Shown: one piece after another, positions 15,201 to 28,176 of the stretch | Numbering within the stretch: position 1 is the stretch's first letter | How the letters are laid out: the number at the start of each line of letters is the position of its first letter | NCBI RefSeq assembly: GCF_009914755.1 | Contig: NC_060940.1 | DNA length: 64,000 nt | Direction: 5' to 3' (one strand) | From: the human T2T-CHM13v2.0 reference genome, Homo sapiens | Notes under the pieces: model-generated | The model's input: only the letters and a program-made list of their open reading frames with translations | Databases searched by the model: none | Told to the model about the DNA's origin: nothing | Position numbers and translations under genes: made by a program

Positions 15201-18193
15201 AATCCATTCATTGGTGATTCCACTCAATTCCATTCAATGATTCCATTCCATTTCTTTCAACAATGATTCCATTAGTTTCTAATCGATGATCCACTTGATT
15301 CCATTTGACGACGATTCCATTCTTGTCCATTCGATGATTCCATTTGATTCCATATGATGATGATTCCATTCGATTCCATACCATGATGATTCCATTCGAG
15401 TCCATTCAATGGTGATTCCATTCAATTCCATTCGATGATTCCTTTCGATTCCATTCGATGATGATGGCATTCGATTCCTTTCAATCATTCCATTTGATTC
15501 CATTCAAAGGTGATTTCATTCAAGTCCATTCGATAATTGCATTCGATTCCATTCTATGATGATTCCATTCGAGTCCATTTGATGATTCCATTCAATTCAA
15601 GTCAATGATGATTCCATTCGATTCCATTCGATGATTCCATTGGATTCCATTCGATGATGATTCCATTCAAATCCATTCGATAATTCAATTCAAGTCCATT
15701 CGATGATGATTCCAATCGAATCCATTCAAAGATTCCATTCAGTTCCATTCGATGATTCCCTTAGATTCCATTCGATGATTCCACTTGATTCCATTTACGA
15801 TGATTCCATTCGATTCCATGTGATGATTCCATTCAATTCTATTCAATGATGTTTCCATTTGATTCCATTCGACCATGATTGCCTTTGATTCCATTCAATG
15901 ATTCCATTCGGTTCCTTTTGATGATGATTCCGTTCGATTCCATTTGATGATTCCATTTGATTCCATTGGATGAGTCCATTCGATTACATTCGATGATTAT
16001 TCCATTCGAGTGCATTAGATGATTCCATTCGAGTCCATTCGATGATTCCATTCGATTCCATTCGATGTTGATTCTGTTCAAATCCATTCGATGATTCCAC
16101 TCGATTCCATTCGATGACTCCATTTGATCCCATTCGACGATTTCCTTTGATTCCCTTTGATGATCATTCCATTTGATTCAATTCGGTGATTTCATTTGAT
16201 TCCATTCAGTGACGTTTCCATTCGACTCCATTCGATGATGATTCCATTCGACTCCATTCGATTATGATTTCATTCAATTCCATTCGATAATGATTCCCTT
16301 CGAGTCCATTCGATGATTCCATTCGATTCCATTCAACGATGATTTGATTCGTGTCCATTCGATGATTCCATTTGATTCCACTTGATGATGATTCCATTCG
16401 AGTCCATTTGATGATTCCATTCAATTCCATTCTCCGATGATTTCTTTTGAGCCCACTCAATGCTTCCACTCGATTCCATATGATGATGACTCCATTCGAT
16501 GAAATTCGATGATGATTCCATTCGCTTGCGTTCGATGATGATTCCACTTGAGTCCGTTAGAAGATTCTATTCAATTACATTCCATGACGATTCCGTTCGA
16601 GTCCATTTGATGATTCCATTAGACTCCATTCGACGATGATTCCATTCGATGTTATTCGATGATTCCATTCGATCTCATTCGATGATGATTCCATTCAACT
16701 CCATTCGATGTTTCCATTCGAGTTCATTCTATTATTCCATTAGATTCCATTCGATGATGATTCCATTCGATTCCATTTGATGATTGCATTCTATTTCATT
16801 TCATGATGATTCCATTCGAGTCCACTCGATGATTCCATTCGAGTCCATTTAATGAATCCATTGGTTTCAATTCTATGATGATTACTTTGGATTCCATTCG
16901 TTGATGATTTCATTCGGTTCCATTCAATGATGATTCCATTCAATTCCTTTCAATGTTTCCATTCAATTCCATACGATGATGATTCCATTTGATTTGATTC
17001 GACAGTGAGCCATTCGATTCAATTCCATGATGATTCTATTTGATTCAATTGGTTGACATTTCCATTCGATTCCATTCGATGATGATTCCCTTTGATTCCA
17101 TTCAAAGATGATTACATTCTAGCCCATTCAATCATTCCATTCGATTCTATTCAATGATGATTCCATTCATGTCGATTTGGTGATTCCATTTGACTTCATT
17201 TGATGATGATTCCTTTCAAGTTCATTAGATGATTCTATTCGATTCCATTTGATGATGATCCCATTCGAGTCCATTCAGTGATTCCATTCGTTTCCATTCC
17301 ATGATGATTCCATTCCATTCCATTCAATGATTCCATTCGATTCCGTTTGATGATGATTTCATTCGAGTCCATTTGATGATTCCATTTGATTCCATTCGAT
17401 GATGATTCCATTCGAGTCCATTCGATGATTCTACTCGAATCCACTTCATGATTTCTTTTGATTATAGTTGGTGATGATTCCATTGGAGTCCATTCAATGA
17501 TTCCATTCGATTCCAATCGATGGTGATTCCATTAGAGTCCATTTAATGATTCCATTTGATTCCAGTCTCTGATGATTACATTCGAGTCCATACGATGATT
17601 CCACTCAATTCCGTATGATGATGATTCCATTCGATTCCATTCGATGATTCCATTCTATTCTATTCAATGGTGATTCCATTCGAGTACATTAGATGATTCC
17701 ATTCGATTCCATTCAATGATGATTCTATTTGTGTCCCTTAGATGATTCCACATGATTCCATTAGATGATGATACTATTTGAGCCCATCCAATGATTCCCT
17801 TCGATTCCATTCGATGAGGATTCCATTCGATTCAATTCATTGGTGATTCTATTCAATTCAATTCTTTGATTCCATTCCATTCCATTCGACAATGATTCCA
17901 TTCGATTTCTTTCGATGATTCCACTCGATTCCACTTGACATTGATTCCATTCGATTCCATTCAATGATTCCATTTGATTCCAGTGGATGATGATTGCCAT
18001 CGATTCCATTCGATCACTCCATTCTATTCCATTTGATGATGATTACATTCGATTCCATTTGATGATTCCATCTGATTCTATTCGAGGATTCCGTTTGATT
18101 CCTTTCGATGATGATTCCATTCGAGTCCATTCGATGATTTCATTCGAGTACATCCAATGATTCCATTCGAGTCCATTTGATGATTCCATTTGA
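12225..18193 (+). repeat. 6.1-kb unit, copy 3: 13-bp deletion at 13293/13294, truncated near unit position 5980
   Basis: Offset from copy 2 drops from 6112 to 6099 after 13293 (7678 to 13777). At 18179-18193 the sequence switches to unit position ~2523 (GAGCCCGTTCGATAATT). Confidence 0.93.
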
Positions 18194-19901
18194 GCCCGTT
18201 CGATAATTCCATTTGAGTCCAATCAATGATTCCATTCATTTCCATTCAATGATTCCATTCGAGTCCATTTGATCATTCCGGTAGGGTCCGTTCGATGTTG
18301 ATTCCATTGGAGTGCATTCGATGATTCCATTCGAGTCCATTTTAGGATTTGATTCGAGTCCTTTCGATGATTCCATTCGATTCCACTCGATGATGATTTC
18401 ATTCGAGTCCATTCGACACTTCCAACCGATTCCATTTGATGTTTCCATTCGAGTCCAATTGATGATTCCATTCAATTCCATTCGATGATGATTCCGTACG
18501 ATTCCATTCTGTGATGATTCCATGTGATTGCATTCAATGATGATTCCTTTCGATTGCATTCGATTATGATTCATTTCGTGTTCATTCTATGGTTCCACAG
18601 GTTTCCATTCGATGACGTTTCCGTTCGTGTCCATTCCATTATTCCATTCTATTTCATTTGATGATGATTTCATTCGATTCCATTCATTGGTGATTCCACT
18701 CAATTCCATTCAATGATTCCATTCCATTTCTTTCAACAATGATTCCATTAGTTTCTATTCGATGATCCACTTGATTCCATTTGATGACGATTCCATTCTT
18801 GTCCATTCGATGATTCCATTTGATTCCATATGATGATGATTCCATTCGATTCCATACGATGATGATTCCATTCGTGTCCATTCAATGGTGATTCCATTCA
18901 ATTCCATTCCATGATTCCTTTTGATTCCATTCGATGATGATGGCATTCGATTCCTTTCAATCATTCCCTTTGATTCCATTCAAAGGTGATTTCATTCAAG
19001 TCCATTCGATAATTGCATTCGATTCCATTCTATGATGATTCCATTCGAGTCCATTTGATGATTCCATTCAATTCAAGTCAATGATGATTCCATTCGATTC
19101 CACTCGATGATTCCATTGGATTCCATTCGATGATGATTCCATTCAAATCCATTCGATAATTCAATTCAAGTCCATTCGATGATGATTCCAATCGAATCCA
19201 TTCAAAGATTCCATTCAATTCCATTCGATGATGATTCCCTTAGATTCCATTCGATGATTCCACTTGATTCCATTTAAGATGATTCCATTTCATTCCATGT
19301 GATGAATCCATTCAATTCTATTCAATGATGTTTCCATTTGATTCCATTGGACCATGATTGCCTTTGATTCCATTCAATGATTCCATTCGGTTCCATTTGA
19401 TGATGATTCTGTTCGATTCCATTTCATTATTCCATTTGATTCCATTGGATGAGTCCATTCGATTACATTCGATGATTATTCCATTCAAGTGCATTAGATG
19501 ATTGCATTCGTGTCCATTCGATGATTCCATTCGATTCCATTCGATGTTGATTCTGTTCAAATCCATTCGATGATTCCACTCGATTCCATTCGATGACTCC
19601 ATTTGATCCCTTTCGATGATTTCCTGTGATTCCCTTTGATGATCATTCTATTTGATTCAATTCGGTGATTTCATTTCATTCCATTCAGTGATGTTTCCAT
19701 TCGACTGTATTCGATGATGATTCCATTCGACTCCATTCGATTATGATTTCATTCAATTCCATTCCATAATGATTCCCTTCGAGTCCATTCGATGATTCCA
19801 TTCGATTCCATTCAACGATGATTTGATTCGTTTCCATTCGATGATTCCATTTGATTCCACTTGATGATGATTCCATTCGAGTCCATTTGATGATTCCATT
19901 C

Positions 19902-21732
19902 GAGTCTATTTATGTATTATATTCGTGTCCACTTCATGATTCCATTCAATTCCATTTAATGTTGATTCCATTTGATTCCATTTGATGATTCAGTTCGATT
20001 CCTTGCAATGATTCCCTACGATTCCTTTCTATGCTGATTCCATTCGATTCCATTCATTGATGATTTCATTCGACTCCATTCGATGATGATTCCTTTTGAT
20101 TCCATTTGACGATGTTTCCATTCGAGTCCATTCGATGATGATTCTATTCAATTCTGTTCTATTATGATTCCATTCGATTTCATTCAATGCTTCTATTTGA
20201 TTCCATTCGATGATGATTCCATCTCTTTCCCTTCGATGATTCCATTTGATTCCATTCAGTGATGATTCCATTTGATTCCATCTGATGATGATTTCACTTG
20301 ATTCCTTTCAATGATGATTCAATTCAAGTCCATTCGATGATTCCATTGGAGTCCAAACGATCATTCCGTTCGATTCCATTCAATGGTGATTCCATTCATG
20401 TCCATTCGATGAATCCATTCAATTCCATTCGATGATGACTCCATTCGAGTACATTCGATGATTCCATTTGATTCCATTGGAAGATGATTCCATTCAATTC
20501 CATTCGAAGATGATTCCATTCAATTCCATTCGATGATGATTCCGTATGAATCCATTCTCTGATTATTCCATTCGATTCCATTCATTGACGATTCCATTCA
20601 ATTCCATTCAATGATGATTCTCTTCTATTCCATTCGATGATTCCGGTCGATTCCATTCGATGATGATTCCATTAGATTCCATTCGATTGTTGCATTCGAT
20701 TCCCTTCGATGATGATTCCTTTGAATTCCATTCGATTATCATTCCGTATGAATCCATTTGATGATTATTCCATTGGATTCCTTTCGATGATGATTCCATT
20801 CGATTCCATTTGATGATGTTTCTCTTGTATTCCATTGGATAATTCCTTTCAGTTCCCTTCGATGATTATTCTTTCGAGTCAATTCGATGATTCTATTCCA
20901 TTCCCTTCGATGATGATTCCATTTCACTCCATTTGATGATTCCATTCGACTCAATTTGGTGATGATTCAATTCGATGATATTCGATGACTCCATTCAATT
21001 TCATTTGATGATGATTACATTCGAGTCCATTTGATGATTGTATTCCTTTCCTTTTGATGATTATTCCATTCGTGTCTATTCAAAGGTTCCATTCTATTCC
21101 ATTCAATGATGATTGCATTTGATTCCATTCAATGATTATGGCTATCGATTCCACTCGTTGATTCCATTTGATTCCGTTCGATGATTATTCTGTTAGATTC
21201 CATTAGAAGATTCCATTCGATTTTATTCAATGATTCCAATGGATTCCATTCAATGATGATTCCATTCGACTCCATTCAGTGATTCCATTCGAGTCTATTT
21301 GATGATTCCATTCCTTTCCATTTGATGATGATTCCATTAGGGTCCATTCAATGATTCCATTCGAGTCCATTCGTTAATGCCTTTCGAGTCCTTTTGATCA
21401 CTACATTCGAGTCCATTCAATGATTCTATTCGATTCCATTCCATGATGATTCCATTCGAGTTCATTCGATGATTGCATTCGAGTCCATTTGATGATTCCA
21501 TATGATTCCCTTCGACAATGATTCCATTCGTGTCCATTTGATGATTCCATTCATTTCCTATCGATGAAGATTCCATTCAAGTGTATTCGATGATTCCATT
21601 CAAATCCATTCGATGATGATTCCATTCCAGTCCATTCGATCATTCCACTTGATTCCATTTGATGACTATTCCATTCAAATCCATTTGATGATTCCATTCG
21701 ATTCCATTCGATGTTACCATTCGAGTATATAC
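19902..21732 (+). repeat. HSat2 module B (~1.83 kb), absent from the 6,112-bp unit; copy 1
   Basis: Starts GAGTCTATTTATGTATTATATTCG and ends GAGTATATAC. Contains words not seen in 1-18193 (TTATGGCTATCG, CCATTAGGGTCC, TTCCGGTCGA, GTCCAAACGA). Confidence 0.93.
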
Positions 21733-24700
21733 GATGATTCCACTCGATTCCATTTGATGATTATTCCATTGGAGTCCACTTAGTGAATCCTTTAGATTCT
21801 ACTCGAAGATGATTCCATTCGAGTCCATTCGATGATACCATTCAATTCCACTCGTTGATGCTTCCATTCAAGTGCATTCGATGATATCATTCGATTCCAT
21901 TTGATGATAATTCCATTTGATTCCATGCGATGATTCTATTCGATTCCATTCAATGATAATTCCATTCAATTCAGTGATTCCTCTGGACTCCATTTGATGA
22001 TGATTCCATTCAATGATTCCATTCGATTCTATTCGAAAATGATTCCATTTGAATCCATTTGATGATGATTCCATTGGATTCCATTTGATGATTCCATTCG
22101 ATTCCATTCGATGATGATTCCATTCGATTCCTTTTGATGAATCCATTCTATTGTATTCGATGATGATTCCATTCGATTCCATTCGATGATGATTGGATTC
22201 GATTCCATTTGATGATTTCATTTGATTCCATTCGATAATGATTTCGATCAATTCCATTCGATGATTCCATTCGATTCCATTCGATAATGATTACATCCGA
22301 GTCCATTCGATGATTCCATTTGAGCCCGTTCGATAATTCCATTTGAGTCCAATCAATGATTCCATTCATTTCCATTCAATGATTCCATTCGAGTCCATTT
22401 GATCATTCCGGTAGGGTCCGTTCGATGTTGATTCCATTGGAGTGCATTCGATGATTCCATTCGAGTCCATTTTAGGATTTGATTCGAGTCCTTTCGATGA
22501 TTCCATTCGATTCCACTCGATGATTTCATTCGAGTCCATTCGACACTTCCAATCGATTCCATTTGATGTTTCCATTCGATTCCAATTGATGATTCCATTC
22601 AATTCCATTCGATGATGATTCCGTACGATTCCATTCTGTGATGATTCCATGTGATTGCATTCAATGATGATTCCTTTCGATTGCATTCGATTATGATTCA
22701 TTTCGTGTTCATTCTATGGTTCCACAGGTTTCCATTCGATGATGTTTCCATTCGTGTCCATTCCATTATTCCATTCTATTCCATTTGAAGATGATTCCAT
22801 TCGATTCCATTCATTGGTGATTCCACTCAATTCCATTCAATGATTCCATTCCATTTCTTTCAACAATGATTCCATTAGTTTCTATTCGATGATCCACTTG
22901 ATTCCATTTGACGATGATTCCATTCGTGTCCATTCGATGATTCCATTTGATTCCATATGATGATGATTCCATTCGATTCCATACGATGATGATTCCATTC
23001 GAGTCCATTCAATGGTGATTCCATTCAATTCCATTCGATGATTCCTTCCGATTCCATTCAATGATGATGGCATTCGATTCCTTTCAATCATTCCCTTTGA
23101 TTCCATTCAAAGGTGATTTCATTCAAGTCCATTCGATAATTGCATTCGATTCCATTCTATGATGATTCCATTCGAGTCCATTTGATGATTCCATTCAATT
23201 CAAGTCAATGATGATTCCATTCGATTCCACTCGATGATTCCATTGGATTCCATTCGATGATGATTCCATTCAAATCCATTCGATAATTCAATTCAAGTCC
23301 ATTCGATGATGATTCCAATCGAATCCATTCAAAGATTCCACTCAATTCCATTCGATGATGATTCCCTTAGATTCCATTCGATGATTCCACTTGATTCCAT
23401 TTACGATGATTCCATTCGATTCCATGTGATGATTCCATTCAATTCTATTCAATGATGTTTCCACTTGATTCCATTCGAACATGATTGCCTTTGATTCCAT
23501 TCAATGATTCCATACGGTTCCATTTGATGATGATTCCATTCGAGTGCATTAGATGATTCCATTCGAGTCCATTCGATGATTCCATTCGATTCCATTCGAT
23601 GTTGATTCTGTTCAAATCCATTCGATGATTCCACTCGATTCCATTCGATGACTCCATTTGATCCCATTCGATGATTTCCTTTGATTCCCTTTGATGATCA
23701 TTCCATTTGATTCAATTCGGTGATTTCATTTGATTCCATTCAGTGATGTTTCCATTCAACTCCTTTCGATGATGATTCCATTCGACTCCATTCGATTATG
23801 ATTTCATTCAATTCCATTCGATAATGATTCCCTTCAAGTCCATTCGATGATTCCATTCGATTCCATTCAACGATGATTTGATTCGTGTCCATTCGATGAT
23901 TCCATTTGATTCCATTTGATGATTATTCCATTCGAGTCCCTTTGATGATTCCATTCAATTCCATTCTCCGATGATTTCTTTTGAGCCCATTCAATGCTTC
24001 CACTCGATTCCATATGATGATGACTCCATTTGATGAAATTCCATGATGATTCCATTCGCTTGCATTCGATGATGATTCCACTTGAGTCCGTTAGAAGATT
24101 CTATTCAATTACATTCCATGACGATTCTGTTCGAGTCCATTTGATGATTCCATTAGACTCCATTCGACGATGATTCCATTCGATGTTATTCGATGATGAT
24201 TCCATTCAACTCCATTCGATGTTTCCATTCGAGTTCATTCTATTATTCCATTAGATTCCATTCGATGATGATTCCATTCGATTCCATTTGATGATTGCAT
24301 TCTATTTCATTTGATGATGATTCCATTCGAGTCCATTCGATGATTCCATTCGAGTCCATTTAATGAATCCATTGGTTTCAATTCTATGATGATTACATTG
24401 GATTCCATTCGTTGATGATTTCATTCGATTCCATTCAATGATGATTCCATTCAATTCCATTCAATGATTCCATTCAATTCCATACGATGATGATTCCATT
24501 TGATTTGATTCGACAGTGAACCATTCGATTCAATTCCATGATGATTCTATTTGATTCAATTGGTTGACATTTCCATTCGATTCCATTCGATGATGATTCC
24601 ATTTGATTCCATTCAAAGATGATTCCATTCTAGCCCATTCAATCATTCCATTCGATTCTATTCAATGATGATTCCATTCATGTCGATTTGGTGATTCCAT

Positions 24701-27585
24701 TTGACTTCATTTGATGATGATTCCTTTCAACTTCATTAGTTGATTCCATTCGATTCCATTTGATGATGATCCCATTCGAGTCCATTCAGTGATTCCACTC
24801 GTTTCCATTCCATGATGATTCCATTCCATTCCATTCAATGATTCCATTCGATTCCGTTTGATGATGATTTCATTCCAGTCCATTTGATGATTCCATTTGA
24901 TTCCATTCGATGATGATTACATTCGAGTCCATACGATGATTCCACTCAATTCCATATGATGATGATTCCATTCGATTCCATTCGATGATTCCATTCTATT
25001 CTATTCAATGGTGATTCCATTCGAGTACATTAGATGATTCCATTCGATTCCATTCAATGATGATTCTATTTGTGTCCCTTAGATGGTTCCACATGATTCC
25101 ATTTCATGATGATACTATTTGAGCCCATCCAATGATTCCCTTCGATTCCATTCGATGAGGATTCCATTCGATTCAATTCATTGGTGATTCTATTCAATTC
25201 AATTCTTTGATTCCATTCCATTCCATTCGACAATGATTCCATTCGATTTCTTTCGATGATTCCACTCGATTCCACTTGACATTGATTCCATTCGATTCCA
25301 TTCAATGATTCCGTTTGATTCCAGTGGATGATGATTGCCATCGATTCCATTCGATCACTCCATTCTATTCCATTTGATGATGATTACATTCGATTCCATT
25401 TGATGATTCCATCTGATTCTATTCGAGGATTCCATTTGATTCCATTCGATGATGATTCCATTCGAGTGCATTCGATGATTTCATTCGAGTACATCCAATG
25501 ATTCCATTCGAGTCCATTTGATGATTCCATTTGATTCCATTTGATTATGATTCTACTAGAGTCCATTCAATGACTCCATTCGAATCCATTCTACAATTCC
25601 ATTCGAGGCCATTCGATGATTCCATTTCATGATTCCATTCGAGTCCATTTAATCATTACAGTCGAGTCCATTTGGTGATTCCACTGGATTTCTTTTGATA
25701 ATGATACCATTCAATTACATTTGATGATGATCCCATTCAATTTCATTTGATGGTGATTCCATTAGAGTCCATTCGATGATTTCATTCGAGTCCCTTCATT
25801 GATTCCATCCGATTTCATTGGATGATGACTCCATTCGAGTCCATTCGATGATTCCACTCGATTCCATTAGATGATTCCATTGGAGTCCATTTGATTGTTC
25901 CATTCGATTCTATTCGATTCCTTTCGAAGATTATTCCATTTGAGTCCATTCGATGATGATTCCATTCCATTCCATTCGATGATTCAGTTTGATTCCATTC
26001 GATGATTCCCTTCGATTCCTTTCTTTGATGATTCCATTCCATTCCATTCAATGATTCCATTCGAATCTATTCCATGATGATTCCTTGCGATTCCATTCGC
26101 TGATGTTTCCGTTCAATTCCATTCGATGATGATTCCATTCGATTCCATTCATTGAGGATTCCATTTGATTCCATTCAATGATGATTCCGTTCTATTCCAT
26201 TCAATGATTGCATTCAATTCCATTCAATGATTATCCCCTTAGAGTAAACTCAACGATTCCATTCAATACCATTCGATGATGATTCCTTTTGAGTCCATTC
26301 AATGATTTCATTCAAGTCCATTTGATGATTCCTTTCAATTCCATTCTATGATGATTCCATTCGAGTCCATTCGATGATTCCATTCAATTGCATTCGATGA
26401 TTCCATTATATTCCAGTCAACGATGATTCCATTCGAGTCCATTCGATGATTCCATTAGAGTACATTTAATGATTGCTTTGTTTTCAATTCGAAGATGATT
26501 ACATTGGATTCCATTCTATGATACCATTCGATTCCATTCAATGATGATTCCACTCAAATCCATTGGATGATTCCATTCGTGTCCGTTCGGTGATTTCATT
26601 AGATTCCATTCGAGGATGATTCCATTCGATTCCATTCGATGATTCCATTCAATTCCATTCGATGATGATTGCATTCCAGTCCATATGATCATTCCATTTG
26701 ATTTCATTCGATGATGATTCCATTCGATTCCATTCGATGATTCCATTCTATTCCATTCGATGATGATTCCATTCGAGTCCATTCGATGATTCCATTCGAG
26801 TCCATTTAATGATTCCATTGGGTTCAATTCAATGATGATTACATTGGATTCCGTTCTATGATTCCATTCAATTCCGTTCATTGACAATTTGATTCCATTC
26901 GATGATGATTCCATTTGAGTTCATTCGATGATTCTATTCGATTCTCTTCGATGGTGATTCAATTCTATTATATTGGATGATTCCATTCGATTCCATTTGA
27001 TGTTGATTCAATTCGATTCTATTCGATGATGATTCCATTGGATTTCACTTGATGATTCTATTCGATTCCATTCAATGATGATTCACTTCTCGTCCATTGG
27101 ATGATTCCATTTCATTCCATTCGATGATGATTCCATTCGATTCCTTTCGATTATTCCATTTGATTCCATGCGACGGTGAGCAATTCGATTCAATTCCATG
27201 ATGATTCTATTTGATTCAATTAGATGATGTTTCCATTCGAATCCATTACATGATTATTCCATTGGAATCCATTTGGCGATGATTCCATATGAGTCAATTC
27301 AATGATGATTCCATATGGGTCCGTTCGATGATAATTCCATTTGATTTCATTCGATGCTTCTATTCAATTCCAGTCGATGATGATTCCGTTGGAGTCCATA
27401 CGATGATTCCATTTGATTTCATTTGATGATGATTCCATTCGATGATGATTACATTGGATTCCATTCTATGATTCCATTCAATTCCATTCGTTGATGATTC
27501 GATTCCATTCAATGATGATTCCATTTGAGTTCATTCGATGATTCTATTCGATTCCGTTCGATGGTGATTCAATTCTATTATATTG
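21733..27585 (+). repeat. 5,853-bp deletion variant of the 6.1-kb unit (phase starts after module B)
   Basis: 21868 to 27721 = 5853. Indels seen relative to unit 1: -3, +16, +3, -72, -23, -170, -10, which sum to -259 (6112-259=5853). Confidence 0.92.
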
Positions 27586-28176
27586 GATGATTCCACTCGA
27601 TTCCATTTGATGATTATTCCATTGGAGTCCACTTAGTGAATCCTTTAGATTCTACTCGAAGATGATTCCATTCGAGTCCATTCGATGATACCATTCAATT
27701 CTATTCGTTGATGCTTCCATTCAAGTGCATTCGATGATATCATTCGATTCCATTTGATGATAATTCCATTTGATTCCATGCGATGATTCTATTCGATTCC
27801 ATTCAATGATAATTCCATTCAATACAGTGATTCCTCTGGACTCCATTTGATGATGATTCCATTCAATGATTCCATTCGATTCCATTCCGAAATGATTCCA
27901 TTTGAATCCATTTGATGATGATTCCATTAGATTCCATTTGATGATTCCATTCGATTCCATTTGACGATGATTCCATTCGATTCCATTTGATGATTCCATT
28001 CTATTCTATTCGATGATGATTCCATTCGATTCCATTCGATGATGATTGGATTCGATTCCATTTGATGATTTCATTTGATTCCATTCGTTAATGATTTCGA
28101 TCAACTCCATTCGATGATTCCATTTAATTCCATTCGATAATGATTACATCCGAGTCCATTCGATGATTCCATTTGA

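Larger units (their letters stand above)
18194..28176 (+). repeat. 9,983-bp super-repeat, copy 1 (4,130-bp core+B loop plus 5,853-bp variant unit)
   Basis: Markers recur at +9983: 18236/28219, 20029/30012, 21337/31320, 21868/31851, 22366/32349. 4130+5853=9983. Confidence 0.92.

Noticed and set aside
19902-21732. Module B as a transposable-element insertion
   Set aside because: It consists entirely of HSat2 monomers, with no terminal repeats, poly(A) tail or coding capacity. The flanking repetition is a 2.3-kb core, not a short target-site duplication.
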